Origin: Nitrosococcus oceani ATCC 19707
GTDB lineage: Bacteria > Pseudomonadota > Gammaproteobacteria > Nitrosococcales > Nitrosococcaceae
Direction: 5' to 3'
Assembly: GCF_000012805.1 (NCBI RefSeq)
Contig: NC_007484.1
Location: 780,001-812,000 of the forward strand
Length of the DNA: 32,000 nt
Shown here piece by piece: positions 16,106 through 24,275 of this stretch. Below the pieces are notes generated by a model. It had not been told where the DNA came from and ran no database searches. It was given only the letters and a program-made list of their open reading frames with translations. Made by a program: the position numbers and the translations under genes. The first letter of the stretch is position 1; each line of letters opens with the position of its first letter.

Positions 16106-16921
16106 ATGGTTGCTTCTTCTGTGGACTTTTCCCAGCCCTTTATTTATATCGCCGCTTTGCGGCGAACCGGTTCAACCATGCTGAGCGAGGCGCTCACGGC
16201 TTTACCTTGCTCGTTTATTTTTCGAGAACCCCATTTTGGCAGTAATAATTTTTCCCTAAAGCCGGGGGATGCTGACAGACTGAGGCCCTGGGGGGTTGAG
16301 CTGGAGCAACTGCGAGAGCAGTGGCTAGAGACCAGGGATGAGCGTCCTATTCTCGCTGCCCTGCAAGAAGAGTTGCTGTCCAAGCTCTCTCCACTAATTC
16401 AGCAATGGGGGGTCAAGGAAATCAGGCACAGAAACTGGCGGCGCTATTATCAGCAGTTTCCCGAGATGAAGGTCATTCTTACGGGCCGGGACCCGCGGGA
16501 TATTTATATTTCCCTTTTTTACCGCCAAAAAGCGGGTTATGGGCGATGGCGAGGACCCTATAATCCAGAATTAGTGGCGGCGGATTTAAATGTTGAGTTT
16601 CAAAGACAATTAGAAATGGCGGCGGCGATAGACTGCCTACCTGTCCGCTATGAGGATTTATGCCAGGATTCTCAAACCTTCGAAAAAATCAAACGCTTTG
16701 TGAAGAGCCCCTTGCCGGGGACAGGGGATATTGGCGGGTTTCTGAGCAAGGGTAAGCCAGGAAAAAGAATTGAGTATCAACTTCATGGCAAGCGTATTAC
16801 CGCGCAGCGTGTCCGCCGCTGGCAGGCGGAAACCAATGCTGCCCTGGTGGGAGAAGCGGAACAGGTTTTTGAACTGATGGCGGACTATTGCCATTATTGG
16901 GGGTATCGAAAAACCCCTTAA
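16106..16921 (+). CDS. sulfotransferase (P-loop 'RRTGST' type)
   Basis: 5'-PSB-like 'IAALRRTGSTMLSEAL' and 3'-PB-like 'LTGRDPRDIYISL'. ATG 16106 chosen, 3 nt after the upstream stop, instead of the overlapping 16016 start. Confidence 0.7.
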   Translation: MVASSVDFSQPFIYIAALRRTGSTMLSEALTALPCSFIFREPHFGSNNFSLKPGDADRLRPWGVELEQLREQWLETRDERPILAALQEELLSKLSPLIQQWGVKEIRHRNWRRYYQQFPEMKVILTGRDPRDIYISLFYRQKAGYGRWRGPYNPELVAADLNVEFQRQLEMAAAIDCLPVRYEDLCQDSQTFEKIKRFVKSPLPGTGDIGGFLSKGKPGKRIEYQLHGKRITAQRVRRWQAETNAALVGEAEQVFELMADYCHYWGYRKTP

Positions 16922-16943
16922 ATTAGAACCGATGGAACGAAAA

Positions 16944-16986
16944 TAAGGTAGGGCGGGAAAGCGTGAGCACATCCCGCCCTACCTTA
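16944..16986. terminator. bidirectional terminator hairpin between convergent genes
   Basis: Perfect 15-bp inverted repeat TAAGGTAGGGCGGGA (16944-16958) / TCCCGCCCTACCTTA (16972-16986) with a 13-nt loop. It lies between the + strand stop at 16921 and the - strand stop at 17009. Confidence 0.75.
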
Positions 16987-17008
16987 TCGAATCCCAAGTT
17001 AATTGTGG

Positions 17009-17737
17009 TTAGGGACCAATGAAACTGGAGCGGGTGGAGACGAATTCATCAATAAAGATACTTCCAACCGGGGCAAAATTGCCCCCCAGATAGCCTAGCC
17101 GGGCGCGATCAATGCCCCCATAGGCGGCATTATCGAGCTGGGTGGCTTCAAAGTTCGGGACCGCTTCATTGCCATTGTTGATCCAGATTCGGTAAGCGCC
17201 ATTGCCCTTCCCTATAATCAGCTCGATTTCGATGATGTTAGGGCCGTCTTCAAGGGGCAATTCCACCCGTTTTTTTCCGCCGCTACCGTCCGGCCGTGTC
17301 CACCGTGCCCAGGCGCGAATGACATAGCCTGAAGCGTCGCGTTTTAGTTTCATTTGAGCCACGCCGATGGGGAGGGCGGAGTTGCTCTGCTGCTGTTGGT
17401 TGGAAAACTTTAATTTTTCGGAATCATCGGCGGCGATGTCAACCCCATTGGGGTCAAAATAAAACCGGGCTCGGTAACGGGTTTCCTGGCTGGGGGTGGA
17501 ATCTTGAACATAGCGTTTGCCGTTAGGACCGTCGGTCCCGTCCAGTCGGATCTCAAGGCCGCAGTTGCTGTTTTTCATGGCCGCCGTGTCGTTGACGTGC
17601 AAATGACCGCCAGGATCCTCCGTTTGCCAGGCGGCAGTGGTGCCCCCCGTGCAGGCGGCGGAGGCCAGCAGGGGAAGCTGCAGTCCATAAAAGGCGGCGC
17701 TCCAGGCAATTAATTTTATGGCTCGATACTTTATCAT
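17009..17737 (-). CDS. secreted beta-rich protein (possibly ConA/LamG-like), unknown function
   Basis: Signal peptide 'MIKYRAIKLIAWSAAFYGLQLPLLASA|A'. Beta-strand-like periodicity throughout. Start could instead be ATG 17773. The fold guess is weak. Confidence 0.6.
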   Translation of the reverse strand: MIKYRAIKLIAWSAAFYGLQLPLLASAACTGGTTAAWQTEDPGGHLHVNDTAAMKNSNCGLEIRLDGTDGPNGKRYVQDSTPSQETRYRARFYFDPNGVDIAADDSEKLKFSNQQQQSNSALPIGVAQMKLKRDASGYVIRAWARWTRPDGSGGKKRVELPLEDGPNIIEIELIIGKGNGAYRIWINNGNEAVPNFEATQLDNAAYGGIDRARLGYLGGNFAPVGSIFIDEFVSTRSSFIGP

Positions 17738-17766
17738 CGTGATCTTTTTAACAAGAGTTGCGGAAT

Positions 17767-18804
17767 TCTCCATCTAAAATCTATGATTTAGATGGAGATG
17801 GATAGCGGCACAGGCTGAAAACCTGTTGTTATTGGCATTGGAGTGTGCCTTAGAAGGTTATTCAATGGTATGGTTTAGGTATGAAAGCGTACCAATTCAG
17901 GATTTATCCCAATACTGACCAGCAAGATCTGATGAACAAGCATTTTGGTTGTGTACGTCATATCTTCAATTGGGCTTTAGAACTTAAAGATAAACACTAC
18001 AAAGGAACACAAAAGAGCCTGTCCAAATCAGAGATTCAAAGCCTGCTGGTCAGAGCAAAAAAGAAGATAAACCCTGGCTCAAGGAAGTCAATAACCAAAG
18101 TCTGCTCTCTGCCTCGCTCCATCTTGAAACCGCCTTCACAAACTTTTTCAAAGGCCGAGGCAAGTTTCCCAAGTTCAAGAAGAAAGATACTTCTACCCAA
18201 TCCTTTCAATGCCCTCAGCATGTCAGCGTTGATTTTGATTTAGGGCTGCTCTACCTGCCTAAGTTCAAAACGGGTATTAAAACTAAATTTCACCGTCATT
18301 TCAAAGGCGAAATTAAAACGCTCATGATTAAGTGCAAGCCCAGTGGGAAGTTTTATGTCAGTATCCTGGTGGATGAAGCCAAAGCGCCCTCTCCCTCTGC
18401 CCCGATTGTTTTAGAGCAAACCATGGGTATTGATTTGGTCCTCTACAAAAGCCGCTGGGTCGGTAAGAACGTTCTCAGAATAGGTCGATTTGAGCCAAGC
18501 TCTAAAGTCCGCAATGCCTATGGCTACAAAGTGGATAAACTCCCTTTGCGCGTTCGTCATTGGGCTTGTCCGGCTTGTGGTGCTGCATTAGATAGAGACA
18601 TCAATGCTGCCAAAAATATCAAAAAAATAGCTTTAGCTGATGCGCTCGGGCAGAGCGTGTATGTCAAGCGTTCCCTTGAAACCATACCTGTCAGCGCAGG
18701 TGTTTCAGCGAGAGGTGTCGATGTTCATCGGCATGGGTCGCAAGAAGCCCTCACTACCATGGCCCTAGCAATTTAGGGGTGGGGATATGTCACTACTTAT
18801 CCCT
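17767..18804 (+). mobile_element. decayed IS200/IS605-family (tnpB-only, IS1341-like) element
   Basis: A TnpB pseudogene is flanked by hairpins. The left one is a perfect 12-bp stem TCTCCATCTAAA (17767-17778) / TTTAGATGGAGA (17787-17798). The right one is a 6-bp stem GGGATA (18782-18787) / TATCCC (18798-18803). No tnpA is present. Exact ends are not determinable by eye. Confidence 0.55.
17881..18776 (+). pseudogene. tnpB: TnpB (IS605 OrfB, RuvC-type RNA-guided nuclease) pseudogene
   Basis: N-terminus 'MKAYQFRIYPNTDQQDLMNKHFGCVRHIFNWAL' is typical of TnpB. There is a frameshift near the A-run at 18057-18062; frame 0 then reads 'KPWLKEVNNQSL...AFTNFFKGRGKFPKFKKK...GIDL'. After 'GIDL' the sequence jumps to 'YKSRWVGKN...RFEPSSK', so roughly 100+ aa including the middle RuvC region appear deleted. 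The Zn-finger is degraded ('SSKVRNAYGY', then 'CPACG'), while 'DRDINAAKNI' is retained. Confidence 0.8.
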
Positions 18805-18839
18805 GCAAGCAGTCAGGGGAATTTTTTTATAATATTCTT

Positions 18840-19658
18840 ATGTTAGACATTCAATTAGCGGAGATCCAAAAGCTTGCCGATCACTATCCCCCAACTCTTT
18901 TCGACCACCTCGAGCGTTATGTGTTGTTCGTGGGTCATGGCCATAGCGGCCATAGCCTGGTAGGCGCCTTGCTGGACGCCCATCCTGAAATCGTGATTGC
19001 CAATGAACTCAATATAGCGCAGTTAGTGGAGCGTTTTCAGTTATCACCTCACCAGCTACAAGCCCTGATTTTACATTATGCGAGTAAAAATTCCTGCCCC
19101 GAGGGCTGGCTGAATACGGGCTATCGCTACTTTGTTCCTAATGCCTGGCAAGGCAACTACACCCGTATTCGGGTACTCGGCGACAAAAAAGGGGGGGGCA
19201 CATCCCGGATTTTGAATCAAAACCCGGCTCTTTTGGATCAACTCTATGAATGCTTTGCAGAAAAACTGCATGTCATTAGCGTCATAAGAAACCCCTTCGA
19301 TAACCTCAGCGCCATGGCTTACCGGCGTCAAAGAACCATTGATAATGATTTAATAGATCATTATTTCAGGAATGCTTCCGCTATTTTAAAGGTTCAGGCT
19401 AGCTTGCCCGGGGAACAATTTTTGTTGCTGCGCCATGAAGATTTTGTACTGGACCCGCAACTCTATCTGGAGCGGTTATTTGCTTTCCTTGGATGTTCGG
19501 CGCCCCCCCCCTTGCTGGGAAACTGCCTCCGTATTATTAATCCAGTTTCCCATGCGCGCCGGTATAAAACGGCGTGGCCGGCTAAAGCAAAAAAGAAAGT
19601 GTTGGAGCGGATGGCAACAGCGGAGTTTAGCGCTCTTTTTAGGGGTTACCGTTTTTGA
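18840..19658 (+). CDS. sulfotransferase (P-loop type), contains G8 and C9 tracts
   Basis: 5'-PSB-like 'VLFVGHGHSGHSLVGALL' and 3'-PB-like 'ISVIRNPFDNLSA'. Its 3' end overlaps the convergent gene by 20 nt. Confidence 0.6.
   Translation: MLDIQLAEIQKLADHYPPTLFDHLERYVLFVGHGHSGHSLVGALLDAHPEIVIANELNIAQLVERFQLSPHQLQALILHYASKNSCPEGWLNTGYRYFVPNAWQGNYTRIRVLGDKKGGGTSRILNQNPALLDQLYECFAEKLHVISVIRNPFDNLSAMAYRRQRTIDNDLIDHYFRNASAILKVQASLPGEQFLLLRHEDFVLDPQLYLERLFAFLGCSAPPPLLGNCLRIINPVSHARRYKTAWPAKAKKKVLERMATAEFSALFRGYRF
19191..19198 (+). repeat. G8 homopolymer (preceded by A6) inside a sulfotransferase CDS
   Basis: Read directly: aaaaaagggggggg at 19185-19198, encoding KKGGG. Confidence 0.95.
19503..19511 (+). 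repeat. C9 homopolymer inside the same sulfotransferase CDS
   Basis: Read directly: cg + ccccccccc at 19503-19511, encoding PPP. Confidence 0.95.
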
Positions 19659-20595
19659 TTGCTTCTAAAGGAGCTTCGTTTTCTCGGGCTTTTCTTAATG
19701 CTTGCCATAGGGGCCAGGCCAGTTTTTCGATACGTTGGATTTGCTCCGCTGTTAGTGGTGGAAGCTCCGTAACTGTTTGGGCCGGCAGGGAGAGATTTCC
19801 TCGCTCATGGAAATAGCGATTGTTTGAGCGGAGGCGGGCGCCGGTAAGATATTCCCTATCACAGCTTTGCAAGGGGGGCACGGAAGGCGGAGGAGTGAGA
19901 CGGCGGGGTTGGCAAAGTTGTAGAATCCGTTGCAGCCAGAGTCGGGGTTGTCGGCAGAAGGCTTCGTAGGTCAGGTATAAATCCACGTGCCGGGTATTTG
20001 CTAGCAAGAGCTGGTTGACGGCCAGCCATTGGTGGGCGCATTGCTGAAGCTTGTCCTCTTGGATGATCTCTCGCCACTGGGGAGGCTTGACTCCCCACCA
20101 GCCTTCTTCAGGCGCTTTTCCCCGCCCTTGGTGGGGCAGGTATTTTTTGGCCAGGGAGTAGGTATTGGCTAGGGGGTTCCGAACCATAGCCACGATTCGT
20201 GCTTGCGGGAATAGCGCCCGCAACCACCCCAGGCGGAGAGTATTATAGGGGTTTTTGTTGAGCAGTATGGGAGTAGTGTGAGGAAGACTATGCCAGCGGC
20301 TATGGATGGTGGCGATGATGGTTGCGTCAATATCGGAAGCCTCAAGCAGATGGCCTCGATTTCCCCCCTTGGCCTGATAAAGGGTTCCCGTGGGATAGGC
20401 GGTGGGGGTAAAGGGAGGGACATCCCCCCAAAAATCATGGCCTTCGGCCTTGAAGGGGCTGCTGACTGCGGCATCCATTTGCAGGCAGCGGCTAAGCAAG
20501 GAAGTGCCGGATTTCTGCAGTCCCACGATAAATAAGGGGATGGAGGAATCGTTTCCCTCTTGAGCTAATGGGTGATTGGGGAGGGAAGCGGTCAT
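19639..20595 (-). CDS. sulfotransferase (P-loop type)
   Basis: 5'-PSB-like 'LFIVGLQKSGTSLLSRCL' and 3'-PB-like 'IVAMVRNPLANTYSL'. The start overlaps the upstream stop (ATGA at 20592-20595). Confidence 0.7.
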   Translation of the reverse strand: MTASLPNHPLAQEGNDSSIPLFIVGLQKSGTSLLSRCLQMDAAVSSPFKAEGHDFWGDVPPFTPTAYPTGTLYQAKGGNRGHLLEASDIDATIIATIHSRWHSLPHTTPILLNKNPYNTLRLGWLRALFPQARIVAMVRNPLANTYSLAKKYLPHQGRGKAPEEGWWGVKPPQWREIIQEDKLQQCAHQWLAVNQLLLANTRHVDLYLTYEAFCRQPRLWLQRILQLCQPRRLTPPPSVPPLQSCDREYLTGARLRSNNRYFHERGNLSLPAQTVTELPPLTAEQIQRIEKLAWPLWQALRKARENEAPLEAIKNGNP

Positions 20596-21593
20596 GATTT
20601 TCTTGTCTTTTTTATTTGGTACCGTGGCCGTGCGGTGCCATGGCGCTGCCGCAGCTCAGCGCGGGAGACTTGAGTGCCCATCTGTCCATGGAGGGGTTCG
20701 TCCATGGTGGGGTGAAAAGGCAAAAATGACTTGAGCCACTTATATTCAGGGGTGTCTCGCCCTAGGGGCGGTGTTAGCAATTCAAGAAACTGCGGCCGAT
20801 TAAACCAGCGATGGTAGTGGATATGGATCAATTCATCCAAATCAACCGTACCCATTGGACCGTGAAACAGGGCGCGCCGGGGAATGGCATAATTATACCG
20901 ATAATCGAGGGCGCCTATCCGTTCCGGGAATTGAGCCAGGGTGGCCGCTAGGGAAAGTTGATCCAGGTTATTGATATTTCCCGAGGGCGGGATATGGTTC
21001 ACTTTCATCAGTAACCGGAAAATCTGGAGCCATTGCTTGCAAATTCCCGCGCTGCGGCGCACCGCAATCAGACCCGCATTCCAGTAACCACGGATGGGAA
21101 TGCCCCGTTCCATGGTGTTCACATAGGGAGTATGCTTGACCCCCGCTATTTGATACATCTGCTGCCAGAAATCATCATGGGGGTGGCCCGGGCCGGTACT
21201 TCCCTGGCCCACTAAAACCACGGGCTGAAGAGCGGCATCCAAGGCGAGGTTCAAGTCAAAAGCGCTAGGCTCTCCGAGAAAAATCGTATCGCTGTCGCAG
21301 AATACCAGGATTTCCTCTTGCAACATCTCCTCGGCCCAGGCGCAAGCATAGATTTTATTAGCGAAGGGATAAAAGCGATGCTCATGGTTGAGGGGCTCCT
21401 CATGCAGCACTACCCCCAGGGCTTGTAAACCATCAAGCGTAGTTGGGGCCAAGGGTGGGCCTTGCCGGGGTTGGAAGGCATGAATAGGGCAGCAGGCATA
21501 GCGCCCGCCCCAGCGTCGGATGGAACGGGCTAGGAGCAGGGATTGGGGTTCCAGATAGCCCGCTTCGATGCAGAATAGAAATGAATGATTCAT
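20592..21593 (-). CDS. putative GT-A fold (GT8-like) glycosyltransferase
   Basis: DxD-like 'VFCDSDTIFL' and downstream 'YWNAGLIAV', resembling GT8 'FNxGV'. No TM segment or signal peptide. Assigned by motif resemblance only. Confidence 0.45.
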   Translation of the reverse strand: MNHSFLFCIEAGYLEPQSLLLARSIRRWGGRYACCPIHAFQPRQGPPLAPTTLDGLQALGVVLHEEPLNHEHRFYPFANKIYACAWAEEMLQEEILVFCDSDTIFLGEPSAFDLNLALDAALQPVVLVGQGSTGPGHPHDDFWQQMYQIAGVKHTPYVNTMERGIPIRGYWNAGLIAVRRSAGICKQWLQIFRLLMKVNHIPPSGNINNLDQLSLAATLAQFPERIGALDYRYNYAIPRRALFHGPMGTVDLDELIHIHYHRWFNRPQFLELLTPPLGRDTPEYKWLKSFLPFHPTMDEPLHGQMGTQVSRAELRQRHGTARPRYQIKKTRKS

Positions 21594-21931
21594 GAAGTGG
21601 TGAATAGGCGTAAGGGGTCTACGTTGCGATTACCAGGCAAACCCATCCCCATCTTTTTCGTTGAGCGGGGTAAGCACGCTTTTTGGAGTTTTGCCATGAC
21701 GGATAGCAGTTTTGTGCCTACCTGTCTGCATGCGGACACGCACAGGCAGGCACGCTCACTGGGGGGTCATTCAACATCCAAGTTTAATTCCAAAGTATAC
21801 TGAACTTAGGGGAAGTTTTTAATCAGGGAGGTTCATTTTATTGAGAGTCTGTTCTGTAACATTAATCTTAGCTAGCTATTTTTTCTAAGGAAAATTTTAT
21901 CCTAGATATAGCTGATGAAAGAGTAATAAAA

Positions 21932-23323
21932 TTGAATAAATATACTTATACGAGGCGTAAGTTTTTAAAAACGCTTGGGTTTACTGCCGCCTCGATAGCT
22001 GTGCCCTGGCCTATTAATAGCTCATCTTTGGTTAGTGGAAGAGAGAAGCAGCCGCCTAATGTTATCTTGATTGTCGCTGACGATATGGGTTATGGAGATG
22101 TGGGATGTTATGGAAATCAGCATATAAAAACTCCAAATCTCGATGCTTTGGCAAAAAAGGGGGCGCGATTTACGGATTTTCATAGTAACGGCCCGCTTTG
22201 CACGCCCACCCGGGCCGCGCTTTTGACCGGATGTTATCAGCAAAGAGTAGGTCTTCATATTATCCCGAAGGATCAGCGCTATGCCATGGCTAAAGCGATG
22301 TCCCTGGAAGAAATTACTTTTGCAGAAGCGCTAAAATCGGTGGGTTATAGCACGGCACTGGTAGGTAAATGGCATTTGGGGGATCGTCCTGCTTTTTTGC
22401 CTCCTCGACAGGGTTTTGATGAGTATTTCGGGATTCCTTACAGCCATGATATGCACCCCTGGCGTAAGTCGTTTCCGCCTCTCCCCTTGATGAGGGGTGA
22501 AGAGATTGTCGAGCTAAATCCTGATCTGGATCACTTGACGCAGTATTGTACCGAGGAAGCCGTCAAATTTATTAGCAAGAATAAAGACCGCCCTTTCCTG
22601 CTTTATATGCCTCATCCGATGCCCCACCAGCCGGTGCATGTTTCCGAGAGATTCGCAAAACGATTTTCCAAGGAACAACTAGCTGCTATTAAGGGAGAAG
22701 ATAAAAAATCCAGGAAATTTCTTTACTCTGCCACTATTGAGGAAATTGATTGGAGTGTCGGTGAGATTATTAAGGCGGTGAGAGCGTTAGGGATAGAAGA
22801 AAGTACTTTCGTTGCCTTTACATCCGACAATGGCCCAGCTATTGGTTCCGCGGGCCCATTGAGGGGGAAAAAAAGAGAACTATGGGAGGGTGGGCATAGG
22901 GTGCCTTTCATTGCCTACTGGCAGGAAAAAATCAGACCAGGTGTAGTGATTGACGAAATCGCAATGAGTATGGATTTGTTTCCCACCATGGCGGCAATGG
23001 GGAGAGCGCCATTGCCTAGAAAAAAAATAGATGGCGTTAATTTACTGCCGTTGCTTTGTGAAGGCGATAAACTTTCGGAAAGGACGGTTTTTTGGCGCAG
23101 CAAGGGTAAAAAAGCAGCCCGTAAAGGGCCATGGAAACTGCTCATGCAGCCTACTAAGAAAAAAAGACCAACAAGTATAGGTTTGTATCATCTTAATAAC
23201 GATCTTTCAGAACAACATAATCTTGCTGAAATTTACCCGGAGAAATTAAAAAGTTTACAGCTTGAGTTTGCCGCTTGGGAAAAATATGTGGATGCTGGCA
23301 GGGCGCAGAAAGACGAATGGTAA
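21932..23323 (+). CDS. Cys-type sulfatase (arylsulfatase family) with Tat signal
   Basis: Twin-arginine leader 'TRRKFLKTLGFTAASIAV'. Metal site 'LIVADDMGYGDVG'. Formylglycine motif 'CTPTRAALLTG' (CxPxR). TTG start at 21932. The gene is noticeably AT-rich compared with its neighbours. Confidence 0.85.
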   Translation: MNKYTYTRRKFLKTLGFTAASIAVPWPINSSSLVSGREKQPPNVILIVADDMGYGDVGCYGNQHIKTPNLDALAKKGARFTDFHSNGPLCTPTRAALLTGCYQQRVGLHIIPKDQRYAMAKAMSLEEITFAEALKSVGYSTALVGKWHLGDRPAFLPPRQGFDEYFGIPYSHDMHPWRKSFPPLPLMRGEEIVELNPDLDHLTQYCTEEAVKFISKNKDRPFLLYMPHPMPHQPVHVSERFAKRFSKEQLAAIKGEDKKSRKFLYSATIEEIDWSVGEIIKAVRALGIEESTFVAFTSDNGPAIGSAGPLRGKKRELWEGGHRVPFIAYWQEKIRPGVVIDEIAMSMDLFPTMAAMGRAPLPRKKIDGVNLLPLLCEGDKLSERTVFWRSKGKKAARKGPWKLLMQPTKKKRPTSIGLYHLNNDLSEQHNLAEIYPEKLKSLQLEFAAWEKYVDAGRAQKDEW

Positions 23324-23336
23324 GTAGGCTTAAAGA

Positions 23337-24239
23337 ATGAAGTTGTTTATGCAGGGTTTGCGCCGCTCCGGGACCACCATCGTTTATGATGTGCTGTCCC
23401 AGGACAGGCGCTTGGATCTTTATTACGAGCCTTTCGCCGCGGGCAAAATAGGCGAGCTTGGGGGCGGGAGCGGGGTCCAAGAGACCGATTTTATGGTGAA
23501 GCACTGCCAAGTGAAGCAAGCTTTCATTGCCTCCTACCCGGAGTCCGTGGACATGGTGGATCTTAACCATGGCGCGCCACGGGCGCCGATTCTGGAGCTG
23601 CAAAGGGAATTGCCCCAATTTTGCCGGGATTATATCCGTTTTATGGTGGAACGCAGGGAACATAGCGTCATTAAATTTACCCGCATGTACCGGAAAGTAG
23701 GAGAACTTGCCGCCTTGGCTCCCCAGGCCCGTTTCGTGTTGTTAGTCCGCCATCCCCAACAGGTAGTGGCCTCCTACCTCTATGGCCGGGGGCAAAGACG
23801 TTTAGGGCAGCTTGCAAGCCGGGAGCAATTTTTTACTATCCGGGATCAATTCAACGCTTGGAAATTTCGTGAATTTTTCGAAGGTATCATCGCCCAGCAG
23901 GGAAGGCCGGAGCTGGCGGATGCCCCCAATTGGATTCGTTGCCTGGTGCTATGGAAATATACTTTTGATAACGCTTATCAGGATGGCCGCGCCGCTTTTG
24001 GGGATGCCTTCCGGGTATTGCGGCACGAAGATCTGTGTGCCCATCCTCGGAATACCGTGACTCAGCTTTACCGGCACATGGGGCTTTCCGTCAGCGGGGA
24101 AGCCGTGACGTGGGCGGAAGCCCATGTCCGTGAAAACGATAAAGCCTGTTATCAAGACGATCCCCGCTGGCTGGAAGCCTATGAGAGGCTTGATCTGGTA
24201 GATAGTCTAATTGCCGCGGGCTATGGCCCCTGCCAATAG
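23337..24239 (+). CDS. sulfotransferase (P-loop type)
   Basis: 5'-PSB-like 'LFMQGLRRSGTTIVYDVL' and 3'-PB-like 'VLLVRHPQQVVASYL'. Confidence 0.65.
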   Translation: MKLFMQGLRRSGTTIVYDVLSQDRRLDLYYEPFAAGKIGELGGGSGVQETDFMVKHCQVKQAFIASYPESVDMVDLNHGAPRAPILELQRELPQFCRDYIRFMVERREHSVIKFTRMYRKVGELAALAPQARFVLLVRHPQQVVASYLYGRGQRRLGQLASREQFFTIRDQFNAWKFREFFEGIIAQQGRPELADAPNWIRCLVLWKYTFDNAYQDGRAAFGDAFRVLRHEDLCAHPRNTVTQLYRHMGLSVSGEAVTWAEAHVRENDKACYQDDPRWLEAYERLDLVDSLIAAGYGPCQ

Positions 24240-24275
24240 GTTTTTTAGGTTTTTGATGCTTTGCAAACCGCCTGA

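Noticed and set aside
21585-21803. 72-aa plus-strand ORF in the divergent intergenic region
   Set aside because: It has no Shine-Dalgarno and an odd composition. It overlaps the start of the minus-strand gene and spans the palindrome, so it is more plausibly regulatory DNA.
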